Shown in pieces: positions 35,699-45,995 of a stretch of DNA of 64,000 nucleotides. Both the position numbers and the translations under genes were made by a program. Under the pieces are notes generated by a model, which was not told the DNA's origin, searched no databases, and saw only the letters and a list, made by a program, of their open reading frames with translations. How positions within the stretch are numbered: position 1 is the stretch's first letter; every line of letters starts with the position of its first letter. Location: IMG/VR virus record IMGVR_UViG_3300025769_000099, positions 1,532 to 65,531 of that record; one strand, given 5' to 3'. The stretch comes from a virus (taxonomy: Duplodnaviria > Caudoviricetes).

Positions 35699-36049
35699 GT
35701 GCCAAAAATATCCAACATACAGCTAGATACTAATATAACTAATTCAGACAAATTACTTGGATCTGATGAAGCAGGAAACACTAAAAATTTTAAAGTAGAA
35801 CATCTTTCTGCTTTCTTTGCTAACAATGCTGGTAGTTTTAAGCATCACCAAAATAACGCCTCTGATACATGGACGATAACGCACAACTTAGATCTTACGG
35901 ATTATCTACCACAAATAAATGTAAAATTATCAGGTGGTGGAACTTATAACAACGTTCAGGCAATGGGCGTTGTTACTTATTTAAGTAAAGATCAATTAAA
36001 AATAGAATTTTCAACCGCAAATAGCGGTTACGCTTATTTAAAAGCATAA
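35699..36049 (+). CDS. Tail fibre-associated protein
   Basis: GTG start; ASDTWTITHNL motif typical of fibre domains. Confidence 0.55.
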   Translation: MPKISNIQLDTNITNSDKLLGSDEAGNTKNFKVEHLSAFFANNAGSFKHHQNNASDTWTITHNLDLTDYLPQINVKLSGGGTYNNVQAMGVVTYLSKDQLKIEFSTANSGYAYLKA

Positions 36050-36085
36050 CTTTAAACAACAACAACAAAAACTAAAAATTAAAAA

Positions 36086-37930
36086 ATGGCAATACCAGTT
36101 TTAAATCACATGGATTTTCAGCAAGCTTCTGAGATCCGAAATGTGCTACTCCATATAACGGGCGCAGGATCGGTTAGTGGGAACGTAGCAGGACAAATCA
36201 TTTACGACTCAGGCTCTGTAAAATTCAACAATGGATCAGGCTGGGTCACATTAAGTGCTTCATCAGGTACTATGAGTAACTTCATAATAAGTGATGGAAC
36301 AACAACACAAACAATAGCAGATGGTAATACGATAACTTTCACACCAGGAGAAGGTATCGATTTATCAGTTGCAGCAACAGACACGGTTAATATCTCTGCT
36401 GAAGACGCTACCTCATCAAACAAAGGTGTAGCTTCGTTTAGTACTGATAATTTCTCTGTAAGTTCTGGAGCTGTTACAATAAAAGATGGAGGTGTTGCTC
36501 TTGCTGAAATGGCAAACATTGCAGATGATAGAGTATTAGGTAATGTTTCAGGCAGTGCTGCTGCACCAAGCGCTTTAACAGCGGCAAACATTAGAACATT
36601 AATTAACGTAGCTGATGGTGCACAAGTAAACGTTGGCACAAACCTTTCACAAACAACAGCAGCAGCTCAACTTACAATCGCATCTTCAACTGGTGATAAT
36701 ATAATTGTTGCTGAAGCATCTTCTACTATCGCTGGTTTAATGAGTACTACTCATCATGATAAATTAGATGGTATTGAAGCAAACGCAACTGCAGATCAAA
36801 CAGCATCCGAAATTAAAACTTTAGTTGGAGAAGGAAATGGAAAATTTGTTCCAGCTGCTGGATCAAGTGGAGAGTTCTTAAAACATGATGGTACATTTGG
36901 TACTCCATCTTATACAAATAATACTGACATAAACGTTAACGTTGCAAACTTAACAGCTAGACTTCCTCAAATTACAGAAAGTGTTACAATTGGTGATGCA
37001 ACAGATGTTGTTGTAACCACATCAGGTAACTTAGTTGTAACTGGTGATTTAACTGTATCAGGTGATACTGTAACAGCAAATGTTGGAACATTAGATGTTG
37101 AAGATAAAAACATAACATTAAACAAAGCATCCGGTGATTCAAGTTCAACTGCTGACGGTGCTGGTCTTACTATTCAAGATGCGGTAGACGCTTCAACCGA
37201 TGCCTCAATATTGTGGAACGCTTCAGGTGATAAATTTGTATTTTCACATCCAGTAGATGTAACAGGTATACTTACAGCTACAGGTACTTCTGTATTTGCT
37301 AATCTTGATATATCAGGTGATGTAGATGTTGATGGTACTTTAGAAGCTGATGCAATAACAGTTAACGGTTCTACTCTACAAGTAGTTGTTGAAGATCACG
37401 TTGGTGCAATGCTTGATGGTACTGAAACATTTATTGATGTTAGCTATGATGCTACTAATAACAACTTAGATTTTGTAGTTCCAGTTAAAGATGAAGACAA
37501 TATGGCTTCTGATTCTGCAACTTTTTTAGCTACACAACAAAGTATTAAAGCTTATGTTGATGGTCAAGATTATAAAACAGCAGCATCAAAAACTGAAGTT
37601 CAAACTGGTAGTAACACAACTAAATTTGTAACTCCTGATACTTTAGGTGCTAAATCAGTACATTCTACAATCGATGTTTCTAATTCAGATTTTGTATCTA
37701 ATCTATATGCTGAAGTTGAGCATGGTTTAGGTACTGAAGATGTAATTGTTCAATTATTTGATTCTTCATCAAAAGAAACAGTATTAGCTGAAGTTGCTAG
37801 AACAGACAAAGCTGGAAGCGCATCAACAAGTAAAATAAAGATAGTATTTTCTTCTGCACCTTCTAGCGATATTGAAGTAATGATTACGTCAATAAAAGGT
37901 TCTACAGTAAAAACTGCAGTATACGCTTAA
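36086..37930 (+). CDS. Tail fibre protein
   Basis: G/S/T/A/D-rich; KLDGIEANATADQT, LDVEDKNITLN, ATQQSIKAYVD and VEHGLGTEDV. Confidence 0.75.
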   Translation: MAIPVLNHMDFQQASEIRNVLLHITGAGSVSGNVAGQIIYDSGSVKFNNGSGWVTLSASSGTMSNFIISDGTTTQTIADGNTITFTPGEGIDLSVAATDTVNISAEDATSSNKGVASFSTDNFSVSSGAVTIKDGGVALAEMANIADDRVLGNVSGSAAAPSALTAANIRTLINVADGAQVNVGTNLSQTTAAAQLTIASSTGDNIIVAEASSTIAGLMSTTHHDKLDGIEANATADQTASEIKTLVGEGNGKFVPAAGSSGEFLKHDGTFGTPSYTNNTDINVNVANLTARLPQITESVTIGDATDVVVTTSGNLVVTGDLTVSGDTVTANVGTLDVEDKNITLNKASGDSSSTADGAGLTIQDAVDASTDASILWNASGDKFVFSHPVDVTGILTATGTSVFANLDISGDVDVDGTLEADAITVNGSTLQVVVEDHVGAMLDGTETFIDVSYDATNNNLDFVVPVKDEDNMASDSATFLATQQSIKAYVDGQDYKTAASKTEVQTGSNTTKFVTPDTLGAKSVHSTIDVSNSDFVSNLYAEVEHGLGTEDVIVQLFDSSSKETVLAEVARTDKAGSASTSKIKIVFSSAPSSDIEVMITSIKGSTVKTAVYA

Positions 37931-37947
37931 TAATAACAATAAAATAC

Positions 37948-37969
37948 AGCGGTGCTTCACGGCGCCGCT
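37948..37969 (+). terminator. GC-rich hairpin (terminator or processing site)
   Basis: agcggtgc-ttcacg-gcgccgct after the fibre stop codon. Confidence 0.5.
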
Positions 37970-37992
37970 AGTATTAATTTAATATATATAAT

Positions 37993-38412
37993 ATGTCTAT
38001 AAAAGTTCTTAGCGAATTAAAGGTTGGTACAGTTAGAGAGGATATAGCTGCGGGTACTAAGAGTGGAAGCAATAATGAAATCCACAATATAGACTTTGCT
38101 GCAAGTCATGCTAATTATACTTTAGCAGCTGTTAATGCCGCTAATAATAGAATTACTTTTACTAATTTAGGGGCGAATGTTGTAGGTAAAAATGGATCTA
38201 TAATAATAACAAATCCCAGTTCAGTAGGTTCTTATACATGGCAAGGCGCTGGTGGTTTACCAGCCACAGCCTTTACACCAGGTGGACAGCAAATAAGTTT
38301 TGATACAACCGCTAGCAAAACGGCTATAATAACTTATTTTATTGTAGCTAGTAATAAAGTTTTAATTAATTACGCGGGAGCGTTTTCTGCGTACGAGCAA
38401 CCTGCACCTTAA
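37993..38412 (+). CDS. Tail fibre-associated beta-rich protein
   Basis: ORF composition and context. Confidence 0.5.
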   Translation: MSIKVLSELKVGTVREDIAAGTKSGSNNEIHNIDFAASHANYTLAAVNAANNRITFTNLGANVVGKNGSIIITNPSSVGSYTWQGAGGLPATAFTPGGQQISFDTTASKTAIITYFIVASNKVLINYAGAFSAYEQPAP

Positions 38413-38415
38413 ACT

Positions 38416-41058
38416 ATGAAGTGGTTATGGAATAGAATAGATTTTTGGGGCACGAGCACTGTTAAATCTACTTCAAAAATTACAACTAAGTCTACTAGTA
38501 CTAGTAAGTCAACCACGACTACATTTAGTACTAGCAAGTCTACTAGTACAGAATACAATACTACTACTAGTACACTAACGACTACTACTTTCAATACCAC
38601 AAAAGATACAACAACTACATTTGAAACTCAAAAAAGTACTAACACGGTATATAATACCCAAACAGCTACTAATACTGCTTTTGTAACTGCTTATAATACT
38701 AGCACAAGCACTACAACAACTTTTGCTACATCTAAATTAACTACAAAAGATACTGTTACAACGTATAGTACGGATAAAACAACAAGTACAGAATACAACA
38801 CATCCACTACTACGGCAACAACCACGGTTTATAATACTAGTAAAACAACGAGTACTGTATTTAACACTACAACTACAACTACAACTACATACTCAACAGC
38901 TTACAATACATCCACATCAACAAAAACACAATTTTCTACTAGTAAAACTACAAGTACCGCTTTTGTGACTACTTACAACACTAGTACAAGCACGTCAACC
39001 GCTTACAATACAAGTACTACAACTACCAAATCAACTACAACAACATTTGGAACTAGTAAGGCGACTAGTACTGTGTATATAACTAATAGACTTACAACTA
39101 CAACTTTTAACACTAGTACAACCACTATTTTTGTAACAGCTACTGTATATCAAACTACTAAAACAACTAATACAGTTTTTAACACATCTACAGTAACTAA
39201 ATACAATACATCAACTTCTACAACTGTTAGTACTAGTAAAGTAACGCTAACGCAGTATAATACATCTACAAACACTACAACTACTTTTGCCACAAGCAAG
39301 GTAACTAATACAGTATTTAATACATCTACATTAACTACTAAAAATACTACGACTGTATATACGACTTCTTATAATACTACTAGAGTAACAAACACTATAA
39401 CTATAACTCATTTTAATACTCAAACTACTACAGTATATAATACTAGCACAGCTACTACCACTACATATAATACATCTACAGCTACTTTTAAAAATACTAC
39501 AACAGTATTTAATACTAGTACTGTAACTAAACGTAGTACAACAACAGTCTATAACACTAGTACAACTAGAACAATAAACGATACGGCGAGAGATACTACA
39601 ACTACTTACAATACTGTGTATCAAACTTTCTTGCAAAACACTATTACAAATACAGCTACTATATATCAGACTAGTACTACAACAACGACAACATTTAATA
39701 CTAGTAAATCTACTTCAACTGTTTTTGTAACAAGTAGAGTTACTGATAAAGACACTAGCACAGCTTACAACACTAGTACGGTTACAGTTAAGAGTACAAA
39801 CAAAAGTACAAGTACAACTTATAATACTAGTACGTCTACATCTAAAAATACTACAACTACGTTTGCTACGAGTAAAAATACAACTACAACGTATAATACA
39901 AGTAAAACTACTAGCACCGTATTCAATACAAGTACGTCAACTAACACTATATATACTACAAGCTGGAACACTACTAAAACTACTAATACAGTATATAATA
40001 CTAGCACGACCACTACTACAACGTATAATACATCAACGTCAACTAGTAAAAACACGACAACAACGTTTGGAACTAGTAAGAACACTACTACTGCTTATAA
40101 CACTAGCACTACTACTGTTACTGAATATACAACAACTTTTGCAACGGGTAAAAACACTACCACTACTTTTGCAACTTCTAAAACAACGTCAACAGTGTTT
40201 AATACTAGTACAACTACTACTTACACCACGTCAACGGTTTATGCAACTAGTAAAAATACAACTACTACGTTTGCCACTAGCAAGAGTACAACTACTACGT
40301 TTTCTACGAGTAAAAACACTACTACTGTTTATAACACTGGTACAACTACTTATTTTAACACAAGTACCGTGACTAATAGGTTAACAAGTAGAATTACTAA
40401 TAAAAACACTAGTAGAGGAACAAGTAAAAACACGACAACTACGTTTTCTACCACATATGCTACGGCTTATCAAGCAGATTACACTACAACTTACTTAACC
40501 GTTTATTCTACAGCAGCAAGCACAACTAGTGCTTTAAGATCTAGTGCATCTAGCTTCTTCTTCTCTTGTAACGAGTTTTGTACTAGTACGTTTTATTTCA
40601 CAGGAGGTTCTTATCCTCCAACTGCTGGGACATCATTTGCTTATACAAACTCTGGTGGTACTAGTGCTTTAAGTGATGCTTGGTATGGTATTAGCAATAC
40701 TTTCGGAGGCGCACAACATCAAATGAGAACGTCTGGTGGCGCAGGTGGAGTTCAAGTTGTTAACGTGTGTTCTGGTGGTGGTGGTTTCTCTGATAGAAGA
40801 CACAAGAAAAACATAAAGTTAATAGGTAAATCTAAAAAAGGATTTAATATATATAGCTTTGAGTTTGGTGGTACTAAACTAGGTGATAAAGCTGCTAAAA
40901 AATGGCCTGGAAGATGGCAAGGTGTTATGGCTGATGAATTAGAATATTTAGATGATGGTACTGTTTACAGAATGATGCTAAGCGATAAAAAAGATGACTA
41001 CGTTAACTTTGTAGATTATGGTAGAATAGATGTTGAATTTAAAATATGTATGGCATGA
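38416..41058 (+). CDS. Thr-rich mucin-like repeat fibre protein with C-terminal peptidase S74 intramolecular chaperone
   Basis: About 690 aa of T/S/N/K/F/Y repeats (for example NTSKTTTTTF), a small Cys-containing head, then FSDRRHKKNI...IYSFEF...QGVMADEL...VDYGRI. Confidence 0.75.
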   Translation: MKWLWNRIDFWGTSTVKSTSKITTKSTSTSKSTTTTFSTSKSTSTEYNTTTSTLTTTTFNTTKDTTTTFETQKSTNTVYNTQTATNTAFVTAYNTSTSTTTTFATSKLTTKDTVTTYSTDKTTSTEYNTSTTTATTTVYNTSKTTSTVFNTTTTTTTTYSTAYNTSTSTKTQFSTSKTTSTAFVTTYNTSTSTSTAYNTSTTTTKSTTTTFGTSKATSTVYITNRLTTTTFNTSTTTIFVTATVYQTTKTTNTVFNTSTVTKYNTSTSTTVSTSKVTLTQYNTSTNTTTTFATSKVTNTVFNTSTLTTKNTTTVYTTSYNTTRVTNTITITHFNTQTTTVYNTSTATTTTYNTSTATFKNTTTVFNTSTVTKRSTTTVYNTSTTRTINDTARDTTTTYNTVYQTFLQNTITNTATIYQTSTTTTTTFNTSKSTSTVFVTSRVTDKDTSTAYNTSTVTVKSTNKSTSTTYNTSTSTSKNTTTTFATSKNTTTTYNTSKTTSTVFNTSTSTNTIYTTSWNTTKTTNTVYNTSTTTTTTYNTSTSTSKNTTTTFGTSKNTTTAYNTSTTTVTEYTTTFATGKNTTTTFATSKTTSTVFNTSTTTTYTTSTVYATSKNTTTTFATSKSTTTTFSTSKNTTTVYNTGTTTYFNTSTVTNRLTSRITNKNTSRGTSKNTTTTFSTTYATAYQADYTTTYLTVYSTAASTTSALRSSASSFFFSCNEFCTSTFYFTGGSYPPTAGTSFAYTNSGGTSALSDAWYGISNTFGGAQHQMRTSGGAGGVQVVNVCSGGGGFSDRRHKKNIKLIGKSKKGFNIYSFEFGGTKLGDKAAKKWPGRWQGVMADELEYLDDGTVYRMMLSDKKDDYVNFVDYGRIDVEFKICMA

Positions 41059-41609
41059 TAGATGAAAGTTTAATACAAGAGTTTGATGGAAACGAATTTG
41101 AAATAAATAAAATAACTAAAGCTATCGATGCTGATAATAGTGAGGTTGTTTCAGAGTTAAAATACAAATCAGACATAATACACAAGTATTATAATAAAGA
41201 AATAGAAGCTAAAATAAAAACTGGTAGTTGTGACACTTGTGGTCATGATGATCTACAAGCTGCATTTAATGGTGCAACATGGGGAGATATACTTGTTTTA
41301 GGTTTAGGTTTAGGTGTTGTGCCTGAATATATAATAGATAATAAAAGTCCTAGCAGCGTTGATGTTGTTGAGGACAACGCGCAAATAATAAGCAAAGTTA
41401 CTTGGTTAGATTCTGATATAAACGTTATAAATGGTAATGAATTTTCTTATACAACAGATAAGAAATACGATATAATAATATGCGATATATTTGCAGAACC
41501 TACAGATGTTACTGAAGATAACAAGGATACATTGTTAAGCAACTATAGTAGTAATTTAAAAGCTGGAGGTAGAATAATTATACCTGTAACAGAAGAAATA
41601 ATAAGTTAA
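41046..41609 (+). CDS. Spermidine-synthase-like class I methyltransferase
   Basis: DILVLGLGLG, VDVVE, KYDIIICD and LKAGG. Confidence 0.75.
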   Translation: MYGMIDESLIQEFDGNEFEINKITKAIDADNSEVVSELKYKSDIIHKYYNKEIEAKIKTGSCDTCGHDDLQAAFNGATWGDILVLGLGLGVVPEYIIDNKSPSSVDVVEDNAQIISKVTWLDSDINVINGNEFSYTTDKKYDIIICDIFAEPTDVTEDNKDTLLSNYSSNLKAGGRIIIPVTEEIIS

Positions 41610-41610
41610 T

Positions 41611-43740
41611 ATGCCAAATACTAGTAGGAACACGTCGAGAATAACTCAGACAAACACGATACAGAATACGTCTAGAAATACTTCTTCAAGTACTTCTACG
41701 GCATATTCTACTGTGTTCAATACTAAGTATACTACTTACTGGGGTACTTATTATACTACAAGTTGGCAAACTCAAAGAGGAACAACTCACTCAACCTCTA
41801 AAAGCACATCAACAACTTTTAACACAAGTAAGAGTACAACTACAACTTTTAATACAAGTAAAAGTACAACTACAACTTTTAACACAAGTAAGAACACAAC
41901 AGAGTCTCGTACTACTACTATTAGTACTAGTAAAAACACTACCACTACTTTTAATACTAGTAAAACTACGTTCACTACTTACAACACTAGTAATATAACT
42001 ACTAAAAATACAGTTACAGCGTATAATACCACTACAACAACTGTAACTTCGTTTAATACTACTAAGACAACAGAGACTACTTTTAATACCTCTTATAATA
42101 CAAGTAAGAATACAACTACGACTTATAGTACTAACAAAAATACTACGACTACATTTATTACATCTAGTATAACTAATAAGAATACAACAACAACTTTTAG
42201 TACAAGCAAGAATACAACTACGACTTTTGCAACAAGTAAAACGACGTTGACTACTTTTAATACAACTAAGACTACATTAACTACTTTTAATACAGCTTAT
42301 AACACGTCTACTAATACGACGACTACTTTTAATACCGCTTATACAACAACGTATAACACGAGTACTAACACTAATACTGTATACACTACTTATTGGAATA
42401 CTAGTAAAAATACTACAACTACATTTAGCACAAGTAAGAACACGACAACTACAATGATAACGATGAATAATACGTTAGCAACAGTTGCCATATATAGAAA
42501 CACGACCAGATCTACTAGTACTACAACTATAACAGCTTTTAACACTAGCACTACTACTGTATTTTCAACTAGTAAAGCTACTCTAACGCATTTTTCTACA
42601 GCTTATAATACAAGTACTACCAAGCTAACATTAAAGAATACTACGTATAGTACAAACAAAAACACTAATACGGCTTATAATACAAGTACTGTTAAAACTA
42701 TAGATACAGCTCGTGACACTAGTACTATTTATACAACTACATTTAATACTAGTACTATCACTAATACTATAACTATAACTCAGTATACAACTACTGTGTC
42801 GACAAACAAAAACACAACTACCACGTTTAATACTAGTAAATCAACCTCTACGGCTTACAATACTAGCACTACGACGACTACAGTTTACAATACGTCTACA
42901 ACTACAGTATATATTACTGATAGATCTACAGCTCATTCTACTAACAAAAATACAACTACTACGTTTAATACTAGTAAAAATACAGTTACAAGTAAAGCTA
43001 CTACGGTTAGTACTACAAAAGATACTTATACGATATTCAACACTAGTACAAATACTATAACAGCTTATAATACTCAAACTACCACAAACACTGTTTATAC
43101 AACAACGTATAATACTAGTACAAATACCACAACAGTATATAATACTACGACAACTACTAGTAAAGATACGACTACAGTGTATAATACAATGACAAATACT
43201 GTAACACAGTACAATACTAGTACAAATACACAGAGATCTACGGTAACAACGTTTAACACATCTCAGAATACAACAACTACTTACAATACTAGTACAGCTG
43301 TAAATACTACTACAACGTATAATACGTCAACAAATACAACTACTGTTTACAATACTACTACGACTACTAGTACTGAGTATACAACAACGTATAATACTAC
43401 TAAAAACACAACAACAGCTTATAATACTAGTACTACAACTAGCAAGAATACTCTTACTACTATTAGTACGAATAAAAACACTACGACTACATTTAATACT
43501 AGTAAGACTACTACGACGACATTTAATACAACTAAGCAAACTAATACTACTACCGCGTATAACACAAGTACTAATACTACTACTACGTATAACACGAGTA
43601 CTAGTACCACTACAACGTTTAATACGACCACTACTTATACAACTACTTATAATACAAGTACTAGCACAATAACATCATGGTATGCTGATGGTGGAAAGCA
43701 AGGTCAACTAGGTGAAAAACCTTTTAGTGACGGAAGGTAG
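41611..43740 (+). CDS. Second Thr-rich mucin-like repeat protein
   Basis: About 690 aa of (Y/F)NTS(T/K)(S/N)TTT repeats and a short unique C-terminus. Confidence 0.75.
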   Translation: MPNTSRNTSRITQTNTIQNTSRNTSSSTSTAYSTVFNTKYTTYWGTYYTTSWQTQRGTTHSTSKSTSTTFNTSKSTTTTFNTSKSTTTTFNTSKNTTESRTTTISTSKNTTTTFNTSKTTFTTYNTSNITTKNTVTAYNTTTTTVTSFNTTKTTETTFNTSYNTSKNTTTTYSTNKNTTTTFITSSITNKNTTTTFSTSKNTTTTFATSKTTLTTFNTTKTTLTTFNTAYNTSTNTTTTFNTAYTTTYNTSTNTNTVYTTYWNTSKNTTTTFSTSKNTTTTMITMNNTLATVAIYRNTTRSTSTTTITAFNTSTTTVFSTSKATLTHFSTAYNTSTTKLTLKNTTYSTNKNTNTAYNTSTVKTIDTARDTSTIYTTTFNTSTITNTITITQYTTTVSTNKNTTTTFNTSKSTSTAYNTSTTTTTVYNTSTTTVYITDRSTAHSTNKNTTTTFNTSKNTVTSKATTVSTTKDTYTIFNTSTNTITAYNTQTTTNTVYTTTYNTSTNTTTVYNTTTTTSKDTTTVYNTMTNTVTQYNTSTNTQRSTVTTFNTSQNTTTTYNTSTAVNTTTTYNTSTNTTTVYNTTTTTSTEYTTTYNTTKNTTTAYNTSTTTSKNTLTTISTNKNTTTTFNTSKTTTTTFNTTKQTNTTTAYNTSTNTTTTYNTSTSTTTTFNTTTTYTTTYNTSTSTITSWYADGGKQGQLGEKPFSDGR

Positions 43741-43791
43741 ATAACTGTAAAAGCGTGTAACTATTATAAATAACGAATAAAATTTAATTAT

Positions 43792-44688
43792 ATGGAAATG
43801 TTTAACAAAAAAGAGTTGGACAAAAGAATTGGTCCACTCAGGAAAAATGACTCACTGTATCAACTAGAACAAGTTGAAGGGTATGTCATTAGAAAATGCC
43901 AAGAAAAAGGCATAGAAACTAGTTATGATGTAATGGCTGAAGAAATGCCTTACTTTAAAACTATAGGTTACACAGAATATGCTGGTAACTTTTATTTACA
44001 ACCTTTAAACTTTAAAATGCGTAACGAGCAAATGTCTGATGCATGGCATCATAATACTAAAGACGTTGCAGATTATGCGTCTTGGTTAGTTAAAAATGTT
44101 GTAGATAAAAACTCTAACAAATACAAGCATAGAACAGAAGAAATTGATAAATATCCTGCTAAAGATTATTTAGTGGTTCTTCCAGGTTCTAACAAGCTAA
44201 GAGAAAACGTTTGTTTAAATAAATTAAAACATGTTGTTAATAAACATGGTAACAATGTTTTATTTAAACCACACCCTATAACAACACATCAGATTATAGG
44301 TGAATTAAAAGACTTCTTTGGTGAAGAAAATATACTACCAAAGAACGTAGATATGTACTACTACATGCAGAAAGCTAAAGGAGTGTATTCTACACAAATA
44401 AGTGAAAGCGCATTATATGCAGCTGTTTTAGGTAAAAAAATAGAACCTGTAGATGTATGGAACAATATACAAAGAGGTTCTTTTTATTGCGTAAATAGTT
44501 ATATATATTTTAATCAAGACAATATCAAAGAGTACGTGAACAGAACTTTTTCTAGTTATAAATCTGGTATCATAAATCCAGAGTTAGATAAAGACTGGAA
44601 AAAGAAAGTTGATGATTACATAGAATATATATGTGAAAAAAGAGAGAAGTATAAAGATTGGTATATAGCTGTACCAAAGAAAAAATAA
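43792..44688 (+). CDS. Capsule-synthesis (KpsC/KpsS-like) GT-B glycosyltransferase
   Basis: LVVLPG, VLFKPHP and YMQKAKGVYS..SESALYAAVLGKKI. Confidence 0.6.
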   Translation: MEMFNKKELDKRIGPLRKNDSLYQLEQVEGYVIRKCQEKGIETSYDVMAEEMPYFKTIGYTEYAGNFYLQPLNFKMRNEQMSDAWHHNTKDVADYASWLVKNVVDKNSNKYKHRTEEIDKYPAKDYLVVLPGSNKLRENVCLNKLKHVVNKHGNNVLFKPHPITTHQIIGELKDFFGEENILPKNVDMYYYMQKAKGVYSTQISESALYAAVLGKKIEPVDVWNNIQRGSFYCVNSYIYFNQDNIKEYVNRTFSSYKSGIINPELDKDWKKKVDDYIEYICEKREKYKDWYIAVPKKK

Positions 44689-44704
44689 AATTAAATTAAA
44701 TATT

Positions 44705-44959
44705 ATGGCTAAAAAAGCAAAGAAAATTACTAAAGATGAACTATCATTAATAAATGGTTTAGTTTCAAACATAAATCATTTACAAATGCAAGTTGGAAAT
44801 ATAGAGTTTCAAAAGAAACTTCTTATAGATCAAATAGTTCAAATACAAACAAAGATACAAGAAAACAATCTAGAGCTTAAAAAGAAATACGGAGATGTTC
44901 AAGTTAATGTTCAGGATGGTACTATAAAACCCGCAGTCCATGAAAAACTTAATTCGTAA
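44705..44959 (+). CDS. Coiled-coil hypothetical protein
   Basis: ORF ending KYGDVQVNVQDGTI. Confidence 0.6.
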   Translation: MAKKAKKITKDELSLINGLVSNINHLQMQVGNIEFQKKLLIDQIVQIQTKIQENNLELKKKYGDVQVNVQDGTIKPAVHEKLNS

Positions 44960-45161
44960 AATAAGCGTAGGTAGAGATTATAAAAACGAAGCAATGCATT
45001 ACTCCGTAGGCCAAGATGTTTACGGAGGACATGTCATTTCTGATATAATCGAAGAAGATGATAAGTATAAGATACTTATTAAGAAAGGTGATGAAATATT
45101 ACCATGGAAAGATTTTAATAAGAATATGGCTATAGCTGTTGAATATAATTTAGAATATTAG
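44940..45161 (+). CDS. Hypothetical protein
   Basis: ORF: LIRKISVGRDYKNEAMHYSVGQ. Confidence 0.6.
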   Translation: MKNLIRKISVGRDYKNEAMHYSVGQDVYGGHVISDIIEEDDKYKILIKKGDEILPWKDFNKNMAIAVEYNLEY

Positions 45162-45766
45162 TGAAAAGTGTTTTAAACTTTATAGTAAAACCTTTAAACA
45201 ACAATAGATATAATAATAAGAAAAAAGTAGGAGACAAAGAGTTAATACTTAATGCTGAAAACTTTTCTCATCAATATGTTAATAGACATGCTGAAGTTAT
45301 AGCTATACCTAGTGTTGGTGAAACTAATATACAGGTTGGTGATATTGTTATAGTACATCATAACGTATTTAGAAGGTGGAATGATATTAGAGGTAGGGAA
45401 AAAGATAGTAAATCATATTACAGAGATGATATGTATTTTGTATTTCCAGATCAAATATTTTTATACAAACATGATGGTGTTTGGAATGCTAATGACACTT
45501 TTTGTTTTGTTAAACCTATAGAGTCTTTATCTAATAGTATTTTTGATAATGAAAAAGAGCAACCTTTAGTTGGTATACTTAAATACGGAGATAAATATTT
45601 AAAACAAGCTGGTTTAAAATCTGGCGATTTAATAGGTTTTAAACCTAACACTGAATATGAGTTTGTTATAGACGATCAAAAGCTATATAGAATATTCAGC
45701 AATTCAATTACAATTAAATATGAATATAAAGGAAAGGAAAAAGAGTATAATCCAAGCTGGTTATGA
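45161..45766 (+). CDS. GroES-like tandem-domain protein
   Basis: FIVKP..AEVIAIP..IQVGDIVIVHH and FCFVKP..GLKSGDLIGF; GTG start. Confidence 0.5.
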   Translation: MKSVLNFIVKPLNNNRYNNKKKVGDKELILNAENFSHQYVNRHAEVIAIPSVGETNIQVGDIVIVHHNVFRRWNDIRGREKDSKSYYRDDMYFVFPDQIFLYKHDGVWNANDTFCFVKPIESLSNSIFDNEKEQPLVGILKYGDKYLKQAGLKSGDLIGFKPNTEYEFVIDDQKLYRIFSNSITIKYEYKGKEKEYNPSWL

Positions 45767-45995
45767 AGCAGTCAAAGAACTTGTTAAAGTCGCGAAAGAA
45801 CCGATTGTTGAAACTGATGATGACATCTCAGCAGATAGACTCAAGAACGCTGCCGCTACTAAAAAGCTCGCCATATTTGATGCATTCGAGATATTAAATC
45901 GTATAGAAGATGAGCAGAATATGCTTGATGGCAAAGTAAAAGAAGATACTAAACCTAAGGCGTTTAGTGGTTTTGCTGAAAAAAGATCTAAGTAA
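45720..45995 (+). CDS. Putative terminase small subunit
   Basis: Small helical ORF immediately upstream of terL. Confidence 0.45.
   Translation: MNIKERKKSIIQAGYEAVKELVKVAKEPIVETDDDISADRLKNAAATKKLAIFDAFEILNRIEDEQNMLDGKVKEDTKPKAFSGFAEKRSK

Noticed and set aside
38409-43631. Val/Leu- or Cys/Ser-rich ORFs on the minus strand and in alternative frames within the Thr-rich genes
   Set aside because: They are shadows of the ACN-codon repeats and have no independent coding signal
38416-43740. Diversity-generating retroelement or DNA tandem-repeat array
   Set aside because: No reverse transcriptase or TR/VR pair is seen; the repeats are conserved at protein level with varied codons
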